This document shows positions 1-9,531 of a stretch of DNA of 64,000 nt, in pieces. The stretch lies in NCBI RefSeq assembly GCF_004765795.1, contig NZ_SBIV01000004.1, positions 62,001-126,000 of the forward strand, in the 5' to 3' direction. The DNA is from Halorussus marinus. Lineage in GTDB: Archaea; Halobacteriota; Halobacteria; Halobacteriales; Haladaptataceae. The notes beneath the pieces are model-generated. The model searched no databases. It saw only the letters and a list, made by a program, of their open reading frames with translations, and was not told the DNA's origin. Within the stretch, counting starts at the first letter, position 1. The number at the start of each line of letters is the position of its first letter. The position numbers and the translations under genes were made by a program.

Positions 1-2
1 GG

Positions 3-626
3 CTGGTCGGCACCGCCCTGCTCGCCGAGGAGTTCGACGCCCGCGCGATCGCAGTCGTGATGGCGGCCACCGCGTTCGTCGACCTCGACGTGTTCGTCGG
101 CCTCGTCGTGGCGGGCACCCATCGGGCGGCGTTTCACACCCTGCTGGTGCCGCTCGCGCTCGGCGCGGTGCTGTACTACGACGTCCGACTCCGCGAGCGC
201 TCGCGGCTCGCGGCCCGGTGGGAGACCCGGGGCGTCCGCGTCGCGTGGGTGAGCGTCTTCGCGGTGGCGGTCGCCGGCATCGGGCCGGACCTGTTTCTCA
301 ACGGCGTGAACCTCTTTTACCCGGTCCACGACCAGTTCTACGAGCTCACCGGGCGGGTGATCTACTCCGACCAGCGCGGGGTGGTCCAGACGTTCGTGGA
401 CCTCGACTTCGACTTCCTGACCGAACCCGCGGCCCGGGCGACCGACCAGACGGTGCGGACGACCGACAACACCCACTACCGGACCGGGGTCGATCCGTCC
501 CGGGGCGAGACCACCGAGGACGTCGAGCGCATCTTCTACATCGTCACCTCCGGCGAGCGACTCCTGCTCGCGCTGACGGGCTACGCGGTGGTCGGCCTGC
601 GCCTGCGCGAGGAGCGGCGGAACTAA
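3..626 (+). CDS. Membrane-bound metal-dependent hydrolase (YdjM/DUF457-like), 5'-truncated by the window
   Basis: Frame is open to the left edge (LVGTALLAEEF...); DLD...HRAAFHTL motif; hydrophobic segments; PDLF..GVNLFYP. Confidence 0.7.
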   Translation: MVGTALLAEEFDARAIAVVMAATAFVDLDVFVGLVVAGTHRAAFHTLLVPLALGAVLYYDVRLRERSRLAARWETRGVRVAWVSVFAVAVAGIGPDLFLNGVNLFYPVHDQFYELTGRVIYSDQRGVVQTFVDLDFDFLTEPAARATDQTVRTTDNTHYRTGVDPSRGETTEDVERIFYIVTSGERLLLALTGYAVVGLRLREERRN

Positions 627-651
627 CACCGAGCGCCGTCAACCCCGGAGC

Positions 652-1191
652 ATGGCCGACACAGACGTGACCGTCCGACCGTACGATCCCGACCGCGACG
701 CCCGCGACCTGTGGGACCTCAAGCGCGGGTTCGAACTCGGGCTCGGGTCGGGAACCGGCGGCGACGACAAGCGCGCGAAGTACGAAGGGAAGCTCACCGA
801 CGAGTACGGCGAGCGGTACCTCGACTGGGCGTTCTGGTGCGTGAAACACGAGCCCCGGTGCGTGACGGTGGCCGACGCGGGCGACGCCGGAGGGGGCGAC
901 GCGGACGCCGACGCCGACGCGCTCGCGGGCTACGTCTTCGTCCTGCCCCAACAGCTCGCGATGATCTGGGACGCCGCGGTGCTCAACGAGATCTACGTCC
1001 GGCCCGAGTTCCGCGGGACCGGCGTCGCGGACGACCTGATGGACGCCGCCGTGGGGCTGGCCCGCGATCAGGACCTCCCGCTGGAGAGGCTCGTGCTCGA
1101 CGTCGACCGGGAGAACGACCGCGCGAAGGCGTTCTACGATCGCCACGGCTTCGACCACTGGGGCGAGATGGTCGCGAAGGACCTGTCGTAG
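652..1191 (+). CDS. GNAT family N-acetyltransferase
   Basis: IYVRPEFRGTGVA acetyl-CoA motif A; NDRAKAFYDRHGF motif B. Confidence 0.9.
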   Translation: MADTDVTVRPYDPDRDARDLWDLKRGFELGLGSGTGGDDKRAKYEGKLTDEYGERYLDWAFWCVKHEPRCVTVADAGDAGGGDADADADALAGYVFVLPQQLAMIWDAAVLNEIYVRPEFRGTGVADDLMDAAVGLARDQDLPLERLVLDVDRENDRAKAFYDRHGFDHWGEMVAKDLS

Positions 1192-1365
1192 CCGGTCGCC
1201 GAGCCGCCCCGAGAACGGCTACGAACCGCTCTGAGAGCTACGCGCCGTTCCGTAGCACTATTTATATTCGGAAAGAAACCTTGAAGTCACGCTTGTGCCA
1301 ACCTCCGGACGAGGGTGGCGACGACGCCGGGTCGGCGACGGCTCGGGCGTCGCACCGATCACACA

Positions 1366-2247
1366 ATGTCTGGCACGACCGGCACGACGGACCGACGAGC
1401 ACCGAACCGACCGACTCCCGACCTCATCGCCCACCGCGGCTTCGCCGGCGTCTGCCCCGAGAACACGGTGGCGGCCGCCGAGCGCGCCGCGACCGGCCTC
1501 GGCCGCGGCGAGCCGCCCGCGATGGTCGAGATCGACGTGATGGCGAGCGCCGACGGCGAGCTCGTGGTGTTTCACGACGAGCGCCTCGGCCGGGTGACCG
1601 ACGCTCCCGACCGGCTCGCGGGCCAGTACGTCTGGGAGACTCCCTACGAGACGCTCGCCGAGCTCGAGGTGCTGGGAACCGGCGAGCCCGTCCCCCAGCT
1701 CGACGCGGTCCTCGACGCGATCCCCCCGGAGGTCGGCGTGAACGTCGAGTTCAAGAACCCCGGGACGGCCGCGATCCGCCCCCGCGAGAACCTCCCGCCG
1801 GGCGACCGCGAGGCCGAGACCGACCGCTGGCGCGCGTTCGCCGAGCGAGTGGTCTCGACGCTCGACGACCACGACAACGACGCGTTGATCTCGTCGTTCT
1901 CGGAGGGCGCGCTCGCGGCGACCCGGGCGGCCGACCCCTCGGTGGCGATCGCCGCGGTGTTCGCCGAATCGGTCGCCGACGGAATGGAGGTCGCCCGCCG
2001 GTACGACTGCGAGGCGATCCACGTCCCGTGGAACATGGTCCCCGGGACCGAGCTGTTCAACGCCGAGTACGGCTCGCTTGGCCCCTACGAGCCGGTCGAC
2101 CTCGTGGAGGTCGCCCACGAGGAGGGCCGGCGGGTCAACGTCTGGACCGTCGAGCGCTGGTATCAGGCGACCCAGCTCCGGGCCGCGGGGGTCGACGGGC
2201 TGATCGCGGACTACCCCGGTGTCCTCGGCTTCGGCGACGGCGAGTAA
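1366..2247 (+). CDS. Glycerophosphodiester phosphodiesterase (GDPD, GlpQ/UgpQ family)
   Basis: IAHRGFAG..PENT, EIDV, VVFHD, NVEFK, VWTV, GVDGLIADYP motifs; ATG at 1366 preferred over GTG at 1315. Confidence 0.92.
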   Translation: MSGTTGTTDRRAPNRPTPDLIAHRGFAGVCPENTVAAAERAATGLGRGEPPAMVEIDVMASADGELVVFHDERLGRVTDAPDRLAGQYVWETPYETLAELEVLGTGEPVPQLDAVLDAIPPEVGVNVEFKNPGTAAIRPRENLPPGDREAETDRWRAFAERVVSTLDDHDNDALISSFSEGALAATRAADPSVAIAAVFAESVADGMEVARRYDCEAIHVPWNMVPGTELFNAEYGSLGPYEPVDLVEVAHEEGRRVNVWTVERWYQATQLRAAGVDGLIADYPGVLGFGDGE

Positions 2248-2312
2248 TTCGAACGTGTGGCGGGGCCGGTAGGATTATGGATCGATACGTTGCGGTATTG
2301 AGCACTATATCC

Positions 2313-3899
2313 ATGAAGGGAGTGATTCTAGCGGCTGGTATCGGGTCCCGTCTACGGCCGCTCACGCTTCACGAGCCGAAAAGCTGTGTTACCGTCGCCG
2401 GCGAGCCGGTGCTCGGCCGACAGTTGCGCGCGTTCGACGACGCCGGCGTGAGCGACGTGACCGTCGTCGCGGGCTACCTCGCCGACGAGACGCGGGCGCG
2501 CTGTGAGGCCGTCTCGGTCGACCGGCCCGACCTCGAGGTGAGCGTCGTCGAGAGCGAGGTGTTCGCCAACACCGACAACATGTACTCGCTGTCGCTCGCC
2601 CGCGAGGCGGTCGCCGGCGAGCCGTTCGTGCTCGCCAACGGCGACGTGGCCTTCGAGCCCGACCTGCTCGCGGACCTCGTCGACGCCGACGCCGACAGCG
2701 CGGTGGCGTGCGACCGCGCGACCTTCTCCGAGGAGGCGATGAAGGTCACCGTCGACGACCGCGGGCTGGTGAGCCACATCGACAAGGCGGTCCCGGAGGA
2801 GGTGGCCCACGGCGTCTCGACCGACGTCTACCGGTTTTCCGCATCGTTCTCCTCGATGCTGTTCGACGAGATCGCCCGGACCATCGACCGGGAGGGCGAC
2901 TTCGGCGACTGGACCGAGGCCGCCATCGACCGACTCGTCCGCGACCGCGACCACGACCTGGCGACCGCCGACGTCACCGGCCGCGAGTGGGTGGAGATCG
3001 ACGACTTCGCGGACCTGACCGAGGCCGACCTCCGATTTGCCGGGCTGTCTGCCCTCGACGAGAAGGAGGCGGTGTTCTTCGACCTCGACGGGACGCTCTA
3101 CCTCGACGACGACCTCGTGGCGGGCGCCCGCGAACTCGTCGAGTTGCTCCGCGACCGCGGGGTCGCGGTGTACTTCCTCTCGAACAACTCCTCGGGGTGG
3201 AAAGACGAGTACGCGAGCAAGCTGACGAAGCTGGGCGTCCCAGCCGACCCAGACAGCGTGTTGCTCTCGACCGACGGGGTGATCCAGAACCTCGTGGAGG
3301 CCGACCCCGGCGAGGTGTTCGTCCTCGGAACCGACGCGATGCGCGAGGCGGTGGCGGCGGCGGGCGTCTCGGTCGGCGACGACGACCCCGACACCGTGGT
3401 GGTGGGCTTCGACACCGAACTCACCTACGAGAAGGCCCGGCGCGCGACGCTCGCGATTCGGGACGGCGCGACCTTCCTGCTGGCCCATCCGGACGACGTC
3501 TGCCCGACCGGCGAGGGGTTCGTGCCCGACTGTGGCGCCATCGGCGCGATGATCGGGCGCGCGACCGACCGGTCGCCCGAGCGGGTGTTCGGCAAGCCGA
3601 ACGCCGAGATGCTCGACCACGTCCTCGACGCCGAGGGGTACGCCCCGGCGGAGGTCGCGGTCGTCGGCGACCGACTGGCGACCGACGTGGCGCTCGCAGA
3701 GAGCGTCGGGTGCGAGTCGGTGTGTGTGCTCACCGGCGACGCAACCCGGGTCGAGGTCGAGACCAGCGACATCGAGCCCACGCTCGTCGCCCCGAGCGTG
3801 GCCGACCTGACCCGGTTCGTCGCGGCCGACACGTCCGCCGAGCGGGGCGACGCCGACGCGCCGGTGCCGTCGGTCGAGGGCGGTGAAACCGGTGACTGA
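2313..3899 (+). CDS. Fusion of a LicC-like cytidylyltransferase and a HAD-IIA (NagD-like) phosphatase/phosphotransferase
   Basis: N-half: ILAAGIGSRLRPLT..PK, NTDNMYSL, NGDV, EEAMKV, WVEIDD. C-half: FFDLDGTLY, LSNNS, GKP, VGDRLATD. One continuous frame from ATG 2313. Confidence 0.9.
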   Translation: MKGVILAAGIGSRLRPLTLHEPKSCVTVAGEPVLGRQLRAFDDAGVSDVTVVAGYLADETRARCEAVSVDRPDLEVSVVESEVFANTDNMYSLSLAREAVAGEPFVLANGDVAFEPDLLADLVDADADSAVACDRATFSEEAMKVTVDDRGLVSHIDKAVPEEVAHGVSTDVYRFSASFSSMLFDEIARTIDREGDFGDWTEAAIDRLVRDRDHDLATADVTGREWVEIDDFADLTEADLRFAGLSALDEKEAVFFDLDGTLYLDDDLVAGARELVELLRDRGVAVYFLSNNSSGWKDEYASKLTKLGVPADPDSVLLSTDGVIQNLVEADPGEVFVLGTDAMREAVAAAGVSVGDDDPDTVVVGFDTELTYEKARRATLAIRDGATFLLAHPDDVCPTGEGFVPDCGAIGAMIGRATDRSPERVFGKPNAEMLDHVLDAEGYAPAEVAVVGDRLATDVALAESVGCESVCVLTGDATRVEVETSDIEPTLVAPSVADLTRFVAADTSAERGDADAPVPSVEGGETGD

Positions 3900-4680
3900 G
3901 GGGGTCCGAATCGGGTACGTCACTCAGACCCACACCGGCGAGGTCGGGTGGCGCGAGGCGATCGACGCCGGCGCGGCGATCGGCTTCGACTACGTCGAAC
4001 TCTACATGGACGGGGCGACCGAACGGACCGCCCTCGACGCCGGGGCGGTCGCCGACGCGCTCGACGACGCGGGGCTCGATCTGCTGGTCCACCTCCCGTT
4101 CGCGGACCTCGACCTCGGGACGCCCCGCGACCGAGTCCGGACGGCGTGTCTCGACGAACACCGCGCCTGTCTCGATGGCGCCGCCGAGATGGGCGCCGAG
4201 AAGGCCGTCTTGCACGCGAGCTCCGACGCCTCGCCCCCCGAGTGGGCGTTCGACGAGATCCGGCCCCGCCTGTTCGAGGCCGTCCGGGAACTCGACGCGG
4301 CCGCCGCCGACCGGGACATCGAGCTCTGCGTCGAGAACCTCCCGGGCGTCCGCTTGACAGTCCACGACTTCGAGGCGGTGTTCGCCGAGACCGACGCCGC
4401 GATGACGTTCGACACCGACCACGCCCGGGTCGACGGGCTGGACGCCGAGGCCACGGCCGCGTTCCTCGACGACCACCGCGATCGGGTGAGCCACGTCCAC
4501 GTCAACGACGCCCGAGAGGCCCGCGACGAGCACGTCCCGGTCGGTTCGGGCACGACCGACTTCGAGACCGCGCTTTCGCCCCTCCGGGACGGCTGGACCG
4601 GCACGCTCTCGGTCGAGGCCTACACCTTCGACGACGAGTATCTGGCGCTCAGCAAGGAGAAGCTGGACGGCTACCTGTGA
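3892..4680 (+). CDS. Sugar phosphate isomerase/epimerase family (xylose isomerase-like/AP endonuclease 2 TIM barrel)
   Basis: GFDYVEL, VHLPF, LCVENLP, FDTDH, HVHVND, DEHVPVGSG, SVE motifs; overlaps the upstream stop codon. Confidence 0.85.
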   Translation: MTEGVRIGYVTQTHTGEVGWREAIDAGAAIGFDYVELYMDGATERTALDAGAVADALDDAGLDLLVHLPFADLDLGTPRDRVRTACLDEHRACLDGAAEMGAEKAVLHASSDASPPEWAFDEIRPRLFEAVRELDAAAADRDIELCVENLPGVRLTVHDFEAVFAETDAAMTFDTDHARVDGLDAEATAAFLDDHRDRVSHVHVNDAREARDEHVPVGSGTTDFETALSPLRDGWTGTLSVEAYTFDDEYLALSKEKLDGYL

Positions 4681-4733
4681 CGCGGGTCGCCGCGAGGTCG
4701 ACCTTTATCTCGGCGCCGCCCCTACGTCGCGGT

Positions 4734-5690
4734 ATGAGAGCCGTCCGATACCACGAACACGGCGGGCCGAACGTCTTGCAAGTCGACGACGTCGAGCGTC
4801 CCGACCCCGGCCCCGAGGAGATCCGGGTCGCGGTCGAGGCCGCGGGAGTCAACCCCGTCGACACCTACTTTCGGGAGGGAGGCTACGAGCCGCCGACGCT
4901 CCCGATGATCCCTGGATCGGACTTCGCGGGCGTCGTCGACGCGGTCGGCGAGCGCGTCACCGAGTTCGGCGAGGGCGACCGCGTCTTCGGCACGGGACTC
5001 GGAAACGACCGGCAGGGGACGTACGCCGAGTACGCCGTCGCACCCGCCGACCGGGCGGCCCGCCTGCCCGACGAGGTCGGGTTCAGCGAGGGCGCGGCGG
5101 CCGCGCTCGTCGGCGTGACCGCGTGGCGGGCGCTGGTCGACCACGCCGGCCTCGACCCCACCGAGACGTGTCTGGTCCACGGCGCCAACGGCGGGGTCGG
5201 CCACGTCGCGGTCCAGATCGCCGGCGCGGCGGGCGCGACGGTGCTCGCGACCGCCTCCGAGGAGTACCACGACGAACTCCGCGAACTGGGGGTCGACGCG
5301 CCCCTCGACTACGGCCGGGAGGATCTGGCCGAGGCGGTGATCGAGGCCGGCCGCCCGGACGCGATCTTGGACCACCGACTCGATCAGTACCTCGACTTCG
5401 ACGCCGAGGTCGGCACGCAGGGGGTCCGGGTCGTCGGCATCGGCAACACCCGGCCCGAAGCCGGCTTCGAGAACGTCGCGGTCGCCCGCGGCAAGGAGAT
5501 GCGACTCCACCTGATGAGCATGTACAACACGCCGGACATGGCCGCGGTGTTACGAAAGCTCGCCCACCTGCTCGCGGCGGGCGACCTCCGGCCCCGCGTC
5601 TCGCGGCGCTACAAGCTCTCGCAGGCCGGCGACGCCCAGAAGGCGGTGTTGAGAAACAGTTTCTTCGGGAAGCTGGTCGTGCGACCCTGA
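4734..5690 (+). CDS. qor: NADPH:quinone reductase (MDR superfamily)
   Basis: MRAVRYHEHGGP, AAGVNPVD, PGSDFAG, GTYAEY, LVHGANGGVG, FFGKLVV. Confidence 0.88.
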   Translation: MRAVRYHEHGGPNVLQVDDVERPDPGPEEIRVAVEAAGVNPVDTYFREGGYEPPTLPMIPGSDFAGVVDAVGERVTEFGEGDRVFGTGLGNDRQGTYAEYAVAPADRAARLPDEVGFSEGAAAALVGVTAWRALVDHAGLDPTETCLVHGANGGVGHVAVQIAGAAGATVLATASEEYHDELRELGVDAPLDYGREDLAEAVIEAGRPDAILDHRLDQYLDFDAEVGTQGVRVVGIGNTRPEAGFENVAVARGKEMRLHLMSMYNTPDMAAVLRKLAHLLAAGDLRPRVSRRYKLSQAGDAQKAVLRNSFFGKLVVRP

Positions 5691-5721
5691 ACATTAACTG
5701 CCGAGCGACCGTCCACGGGGT

Positions 5722-6438
5722 ATGGACGTCAGCTTCGACTTCACCGACTCGGTCGCGCTGGTCACCGGCGCCAGTGGCGCGCTCGGCGCCGCGGTCTGCG
5801 AGGCGTTCGCCGACGCGGGCGCGACGGTCGCCGCGGCGGACGTGGTGGCGCCCGACGACGGCGAGGCGGGACTCGATACGGGCGGGGCCATCGACTTCTA
5901 TCGCGGGGACTTCACCGACGAGCGCGAGGTCGAACGGGTCGTCTCGGAAGTCCTCGCCGACCACGGTCGCCTCGATTGTCTCGCCAACGTCGCGGGGACC
6001 TGGAAGGGCGGGGCGCCGATCGAGGACACCGACGTCGAGACCTTCGAGACGCTGTTCGACGTGAACCTCAAGACGGCGTTTCTGGCGAGCAAGCACGCGT
6101 TGGCCCACCTGCGCGAGCGCGACGGGCGCGGCGCGATCGTCTCGGTGTCGGCCCGGTCGTCGCTCGAAGGCGGCGAGGGCGACGGTCCGTACCGGGCGTC
6201 GAAGGCGGGGGTGCGACTCCTGACCGAGACCATCGCCGCCGAGAACGCCGGGGAGGTGCGGGCCAACGCCGTCATGCCGAGCGTCATCGACACGCCGGCG
6301 AACCGCGAGATGATGCCCGACGCCGACCACGACGCGTGGGTCGATCCCGCCGACATCGCCGAGGTGGTCCTGTTTCTCTGCTCGGACGCCGCGAGCGTAA
6401 CCAGCGGCGCGGCGGTCCCGGTGTACGGCGAGGCCTGA
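5722..6438 (+). CDS. SDR family oxidoreductase
   Basis: VTGASGALG, NVAG, YRASK catalytic motif, PSVIDTPAN. Confidence 0.92.
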   Translation: MDVSFDFTDSVALVTGASGALGAAVCEAFADAGATVAAADVVAPDDGEAGLDTGGAIDFYRGDFTDEREVERVVSEVLADHGRLDCLANVAGTWKGGAPIEDTDVETFETLFDVNLKTAFLASKHALAHLRERDGRGAIVSVSARSSLEGGEGDGPYRASKAGVRLLTETIAAENAGEVRANAVMPSVIDTPANREMMPDADHDAWVDPADIAEVVLFLCSDAASVTSGAAVPVYGEA

Positions 6439-6622
6439 GGCGACCCCGGCCGACCGAGATCCCCGCCGACCGACCGTGAGAGCCCCGTTCGGTCGGCCAT
6501 TGACCGTTCGTCCATTTCGGCCGACATGAACGGCGGTTACTGAAAATACTGTCGGCAAAAATCGCCACAACGCGAACGAACCGTGGCGTTTATGCAGTGT
6601 GGTTTGGAAGCCAACGCCACAC

Positions 6623-7957
6623 ATGGCACAACGAGAGACGTGGACGAGTCGGATCGGTTTCATCTTCGCCGCCGTCGGGAGCGCGGTCGGCCTCGGGAAC
6701 ATCTGGTCGTTCCCGTTCCAGACGGCTTCGAACGGCGGGGCGGCGTTCCTCGTCGTCTATCTGGCCGCGGTGTTCCTCATCGGCTTCCCGACCATGATGA
6801 TCGAGTTCGTCATCGGTCGGCGCGGCGAGAGCAACCCCGTCGCCGCGTTCAAGTCGATCGGCCACGGCGAGTGGTCGTTCGTCGGCGGCCTCGGCGTGTT
6901 CTCGTCGCTGGTGACCCTGGCGTTCTACAGCGTCATCGGCGGGTGGGTCCTCAGCTACATCGTCGGGAGCCTCAGCGGCGCCTACTTCGGCGACCCCGCG
7001 ACGTACTTCGGGTCGGTGTCGACCGGGAACGTCGCCATCGCGGCTCACGCCGTCTTCATGGCGATCACCATCGGCGTGGTCGCGGCCGGCGTCACCGGCG
7101 GCATCGAGCGCGCGACCAAGTTCATGATCCCCGCGATCCTCATCCTGCTCGTCGGCCTCGGCGCGTGGGCCACGACGCTCGACGGCGCCGCGGCGGGCTA
7201 CGAGTACTACCTCTCGCCGGACTTCGGCGTCATCGTCGACAACTTCGCGTCCATCGTCCCGCCCGCGATGGGACAGGCGTTCTTCACGCTGTCGCTCGGG
7301 TTCAGCGTCATGATCGCCTACGCCTCCTACCTCGGGCGCGACGACAGCCTGCCGGCCGACGGCGGGGCGATCGTCGTGGTCAACACCCTCGTCGCGCTGC
7401 TGGCGGGGTTCGTCGTGTTCCCGCTCCTGTTCGCGACCGGCGGCGTCGAGGGCGCCGGCGGCGGTGCGGGCACGGCGTTCATCGCCATCGCCGGCGCGTT
7501 CGGCACCCTCCCCGCGGGCGGGATCCTCGGGGCAGTCTTCTTCGTCGTCCTGCTGTTCGCGGCCCTCTCGAGCGCGATCAGCCTCCTCGAAGTTCCGGTG
7601 TCGTTCGTGAGCGAGAACTACGGCTACGGCCGCACGACGACCGCCGTCGCGATGGGCGTCGGCATCTTCCTCCTCGGCGTCCCGACGACGTTCGGCACGT
7701 CGTGGCTCAACTTCTACAACGACGTGGTGTTCAACCTCCTGCTCCCGATCGCGGTGCTGTTGCTCGCGGTGTTCGTGGGCTGGGTCGCCAACACCGAGGC
7801 GATCGACGAGATCGAACTCGGCTCGTCGTTCGGCCCGTCGTTCGCCACGGGGTGGCTCTGGTGGGTCCGCATCGTCGTCCCCATCGCGGTCATCGTGACC
7901 CTCTACCTCGGCGTCGACTCGCTGTACTCGGGCATCGTCGCCGGCGACTACTTCTAG
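6623..7957 (+). CDS. Sodium-dependent transporter (NSS/SNF family), copy 1
   Basis: RETW..GFIFAAVGSAVGLGNIWSFP, GQAFFTLSLG, many TM helices. Confidence 0.95.
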   Translation: MAQRETWTSRIGFIFAAVGSAVGLGNIWSFPFQTASNGGAAFLVVYLAAVFLIGFPTMMIEFVIGRRGESNPVAAFKSIGHGEWSFVGGLGVFSSLVTLAFYSVIGGWVLSYIVGSLSGAYFGDPATYFGSVSTGNVAIAAHAVFMAITIGVVAAGVTGGIERATKFMIPAILILLVGLGAWATTLDGAAAGYEYYLSPDFGVIVDNFASIVPPAMGQAFFTLSLGFSVMIAYASYLGRDDSLPADGGAIVVVNTLVALLAGFVVFPLLFATGGVEGAGGGAGTAFIAIAGAFGTLPAGGILGAVFFVVLLFAALSSAISLLEVPVSFVSENYGYGRTTTAVAMGVGIFLLGVPTTFGTSWLNFYNDVVFNLLLPIAVLLLAVFVGWVANTEAIDEIELGSSFGPSFATGWLWWVRIVVPIAVIVTLYLGVDSLYSGIVAGDYF

Positions 7958-8195
7958 TCGCCTGAGGGCGACCGCGGTTTTTCGAATCGTCGGACCGATC
8001 GAGTAGCCGATGCTACGAATCGACGCGTCTCCCGCGTCAGCCGACGGTTCTTTCTACGAATCGTAGCCGGTATCGCTGATTGACGGGGTTTGGGATCCCG
8101 AAAAATCCGGATATACGCCCGAGAATTATTATATTTTCCAACCTACGGTTCTAAACTCGAAACTCTCTTACCCGCGGACTGTCGAGTGTGGGCCA

Positions 8196-9530
8196 ATGAC
8201 ACGCGAATCGTGGCGGACCCGCGTCGGCTTCATCCTCGCCGCCGTGGGAAGCGCAGTGGGATTAGGTAACATCTGGCGGTTCCCGTGGATGACCGCCGAG
8301 AACGGCGGGAGCGCGTTTCTGGCGGTGTACCTCGGGATCATCCTGCTGGTCGGGGTGCCGGGCCTGCTCGCGGAGTTCGTGATCGGGCGACGCTCCCAGC
8401 GCAACCCGGCGGGCGCGCTCTTTCGGCTCTCCGGGTCGAAGTCGTGGGGCGCTGTCGGCCTGTTCGGGGTCGTGACCGCGCTCGCGTTGCTGTCGTTTTA
8501 CAGCGTCGTCGGCGGGTGGATCTTCCGGTACTTCCTCGCGAGCTTCACGGGGTCGTACTTCGGGTCGCCCGGCGCGTACTTCGAGGGGATCAACTTCGGC
8601 ATCGAGGCGCTTGGGTTTCACGCCGCCTTCCTCGGGGTGACCGCGTTCATCGTGCTCGGTGGGGTCCGGGACGGCATCGAGAAGGCGACGAAGGTGATGA
8701 TGCCGGCCATCCTCGCCCTGCTGGTCGCGCTCGCGGGGTGGGCGATCACCCAGCCGGGCGCCGACGCGGGGCTCGCGTTCTACCTCGACTTCGACGCCGC
8801 GTACCTGCGGGCGAACCTCTTGGACGTGATCGGCGCGGCCGCCGGACAGGCCCTCTTTACGCTCTCGCTGGGTGCGGGCACCATGATCACGTACGCCTCG
8901 TACCTCGGCGACGACCGGGACCTCGCGGTCGACGGCAGTACGATCGCGGTGCTGAACACCGGCGTCGGCGTTCTGGCGGGGCTCGTGGTGTTCCCGCTGC
9001 TCTTTACCACCTTCGGCGAACTCACCGGTCCCGCGGCGGCCGGCGGCGGGCCCGGCGCGCTGTTCGTCTCCATCGCCGGGGCGTTCGCCCAGCTCCCGCT
9101 CGGGGGCGTGATCGCGGTGGCGTTCTTCGGAGTCGTCTCGCTGGCGGCGCTCTCGTCGTCGATCAGCATGCTCGAAATCCCGGTCGCGTACCTCGTCGAC
9201 GAACACGGCGTGAGCCGGCGGACCGCCACCCTCTCGCTGGCGAGCGTGATCCTGTTCACCGGGGGCGCGAACGCGCTGAATCCCGCGCTGTTCGACTTCG
9301 TGGCGAGCACGCTCGTCGATCTGATGCTGACCGCCGGGCTGGTCGGATTTCTGCTGTTCGTCGGCTGGGTGCTCGGCGCCGACGCGCTCGCGGAGTACGC
9401 CACCGGCGCGGGCGCCCGGTCGCGGTCGGTCGGCCCGGCGTGGCTCTGGTCGGTCCGGACGATCCTGCCGCTCTTCTTGCTCGGGACGCTCGCGGTGAAT
9501 CTGCTGGCGCTGGCGGGCGTCTCGCTGTGA
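8196..9530 (+). CDS. Sodium-dependent transporter (NSS/SNF family), copy 2
   Basis: RESW..GFILAAVGSAVGLGNIWRFP, GQALFTLSLG. Confidence 0.95.
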   Translation: MTRESWRTRVGFILAAVGSAVGLGNIWRFPWMTAENGGSAFLAVYLGIILLVGVPGLLAEFVIGRRSQRNPAGALFRLSGSKSWGAVGLFGVVTALALLSFYSVVGGWIFRYFLASFTGSYFGSPGAYFEGINFGIEALGFHAAFLGVTAFIVLGGVRDGIEKATKVMMPAILALLVALAGWAITQPGADAGLAFYLDFDAAYLRANLLDVIGAAAGQALFTLSLGAGTMITYASYLGDDRDLAVDGSTIAVLNTGVGVLAGLVVFPLLFTTFGELTGPAAAGGGPGALFVSIAGAFAQLPLGGVIAVAFFGVVSLAALSSSISMLEIPVAYLVDEHGVSRRTATLSLASVILFTGGANALNPALFDFVASTLVDLMLTAGLVGFLLFVGWVLGADALAEYATGAGARSRSVGPAWLWSVRTILPLFLLGTLAVNLLALAGVSL

Positions 9531-9531
9531 G

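Noticed and set aside
871..921. GACGCC-type tandem repeats in the GNAT gene
   Set aside because: Encodes a low-complexity Asp/Ala loop, common in halophilic proteins.
711..2312. N-terminal ~530 aa of the 1062-aa ORF 711..3899
   Set aside because: Arg/Pro-rich shadow frame overlapping the GNAT and GDPD genes; the real protein starts at ATG 2313 (or 2277).
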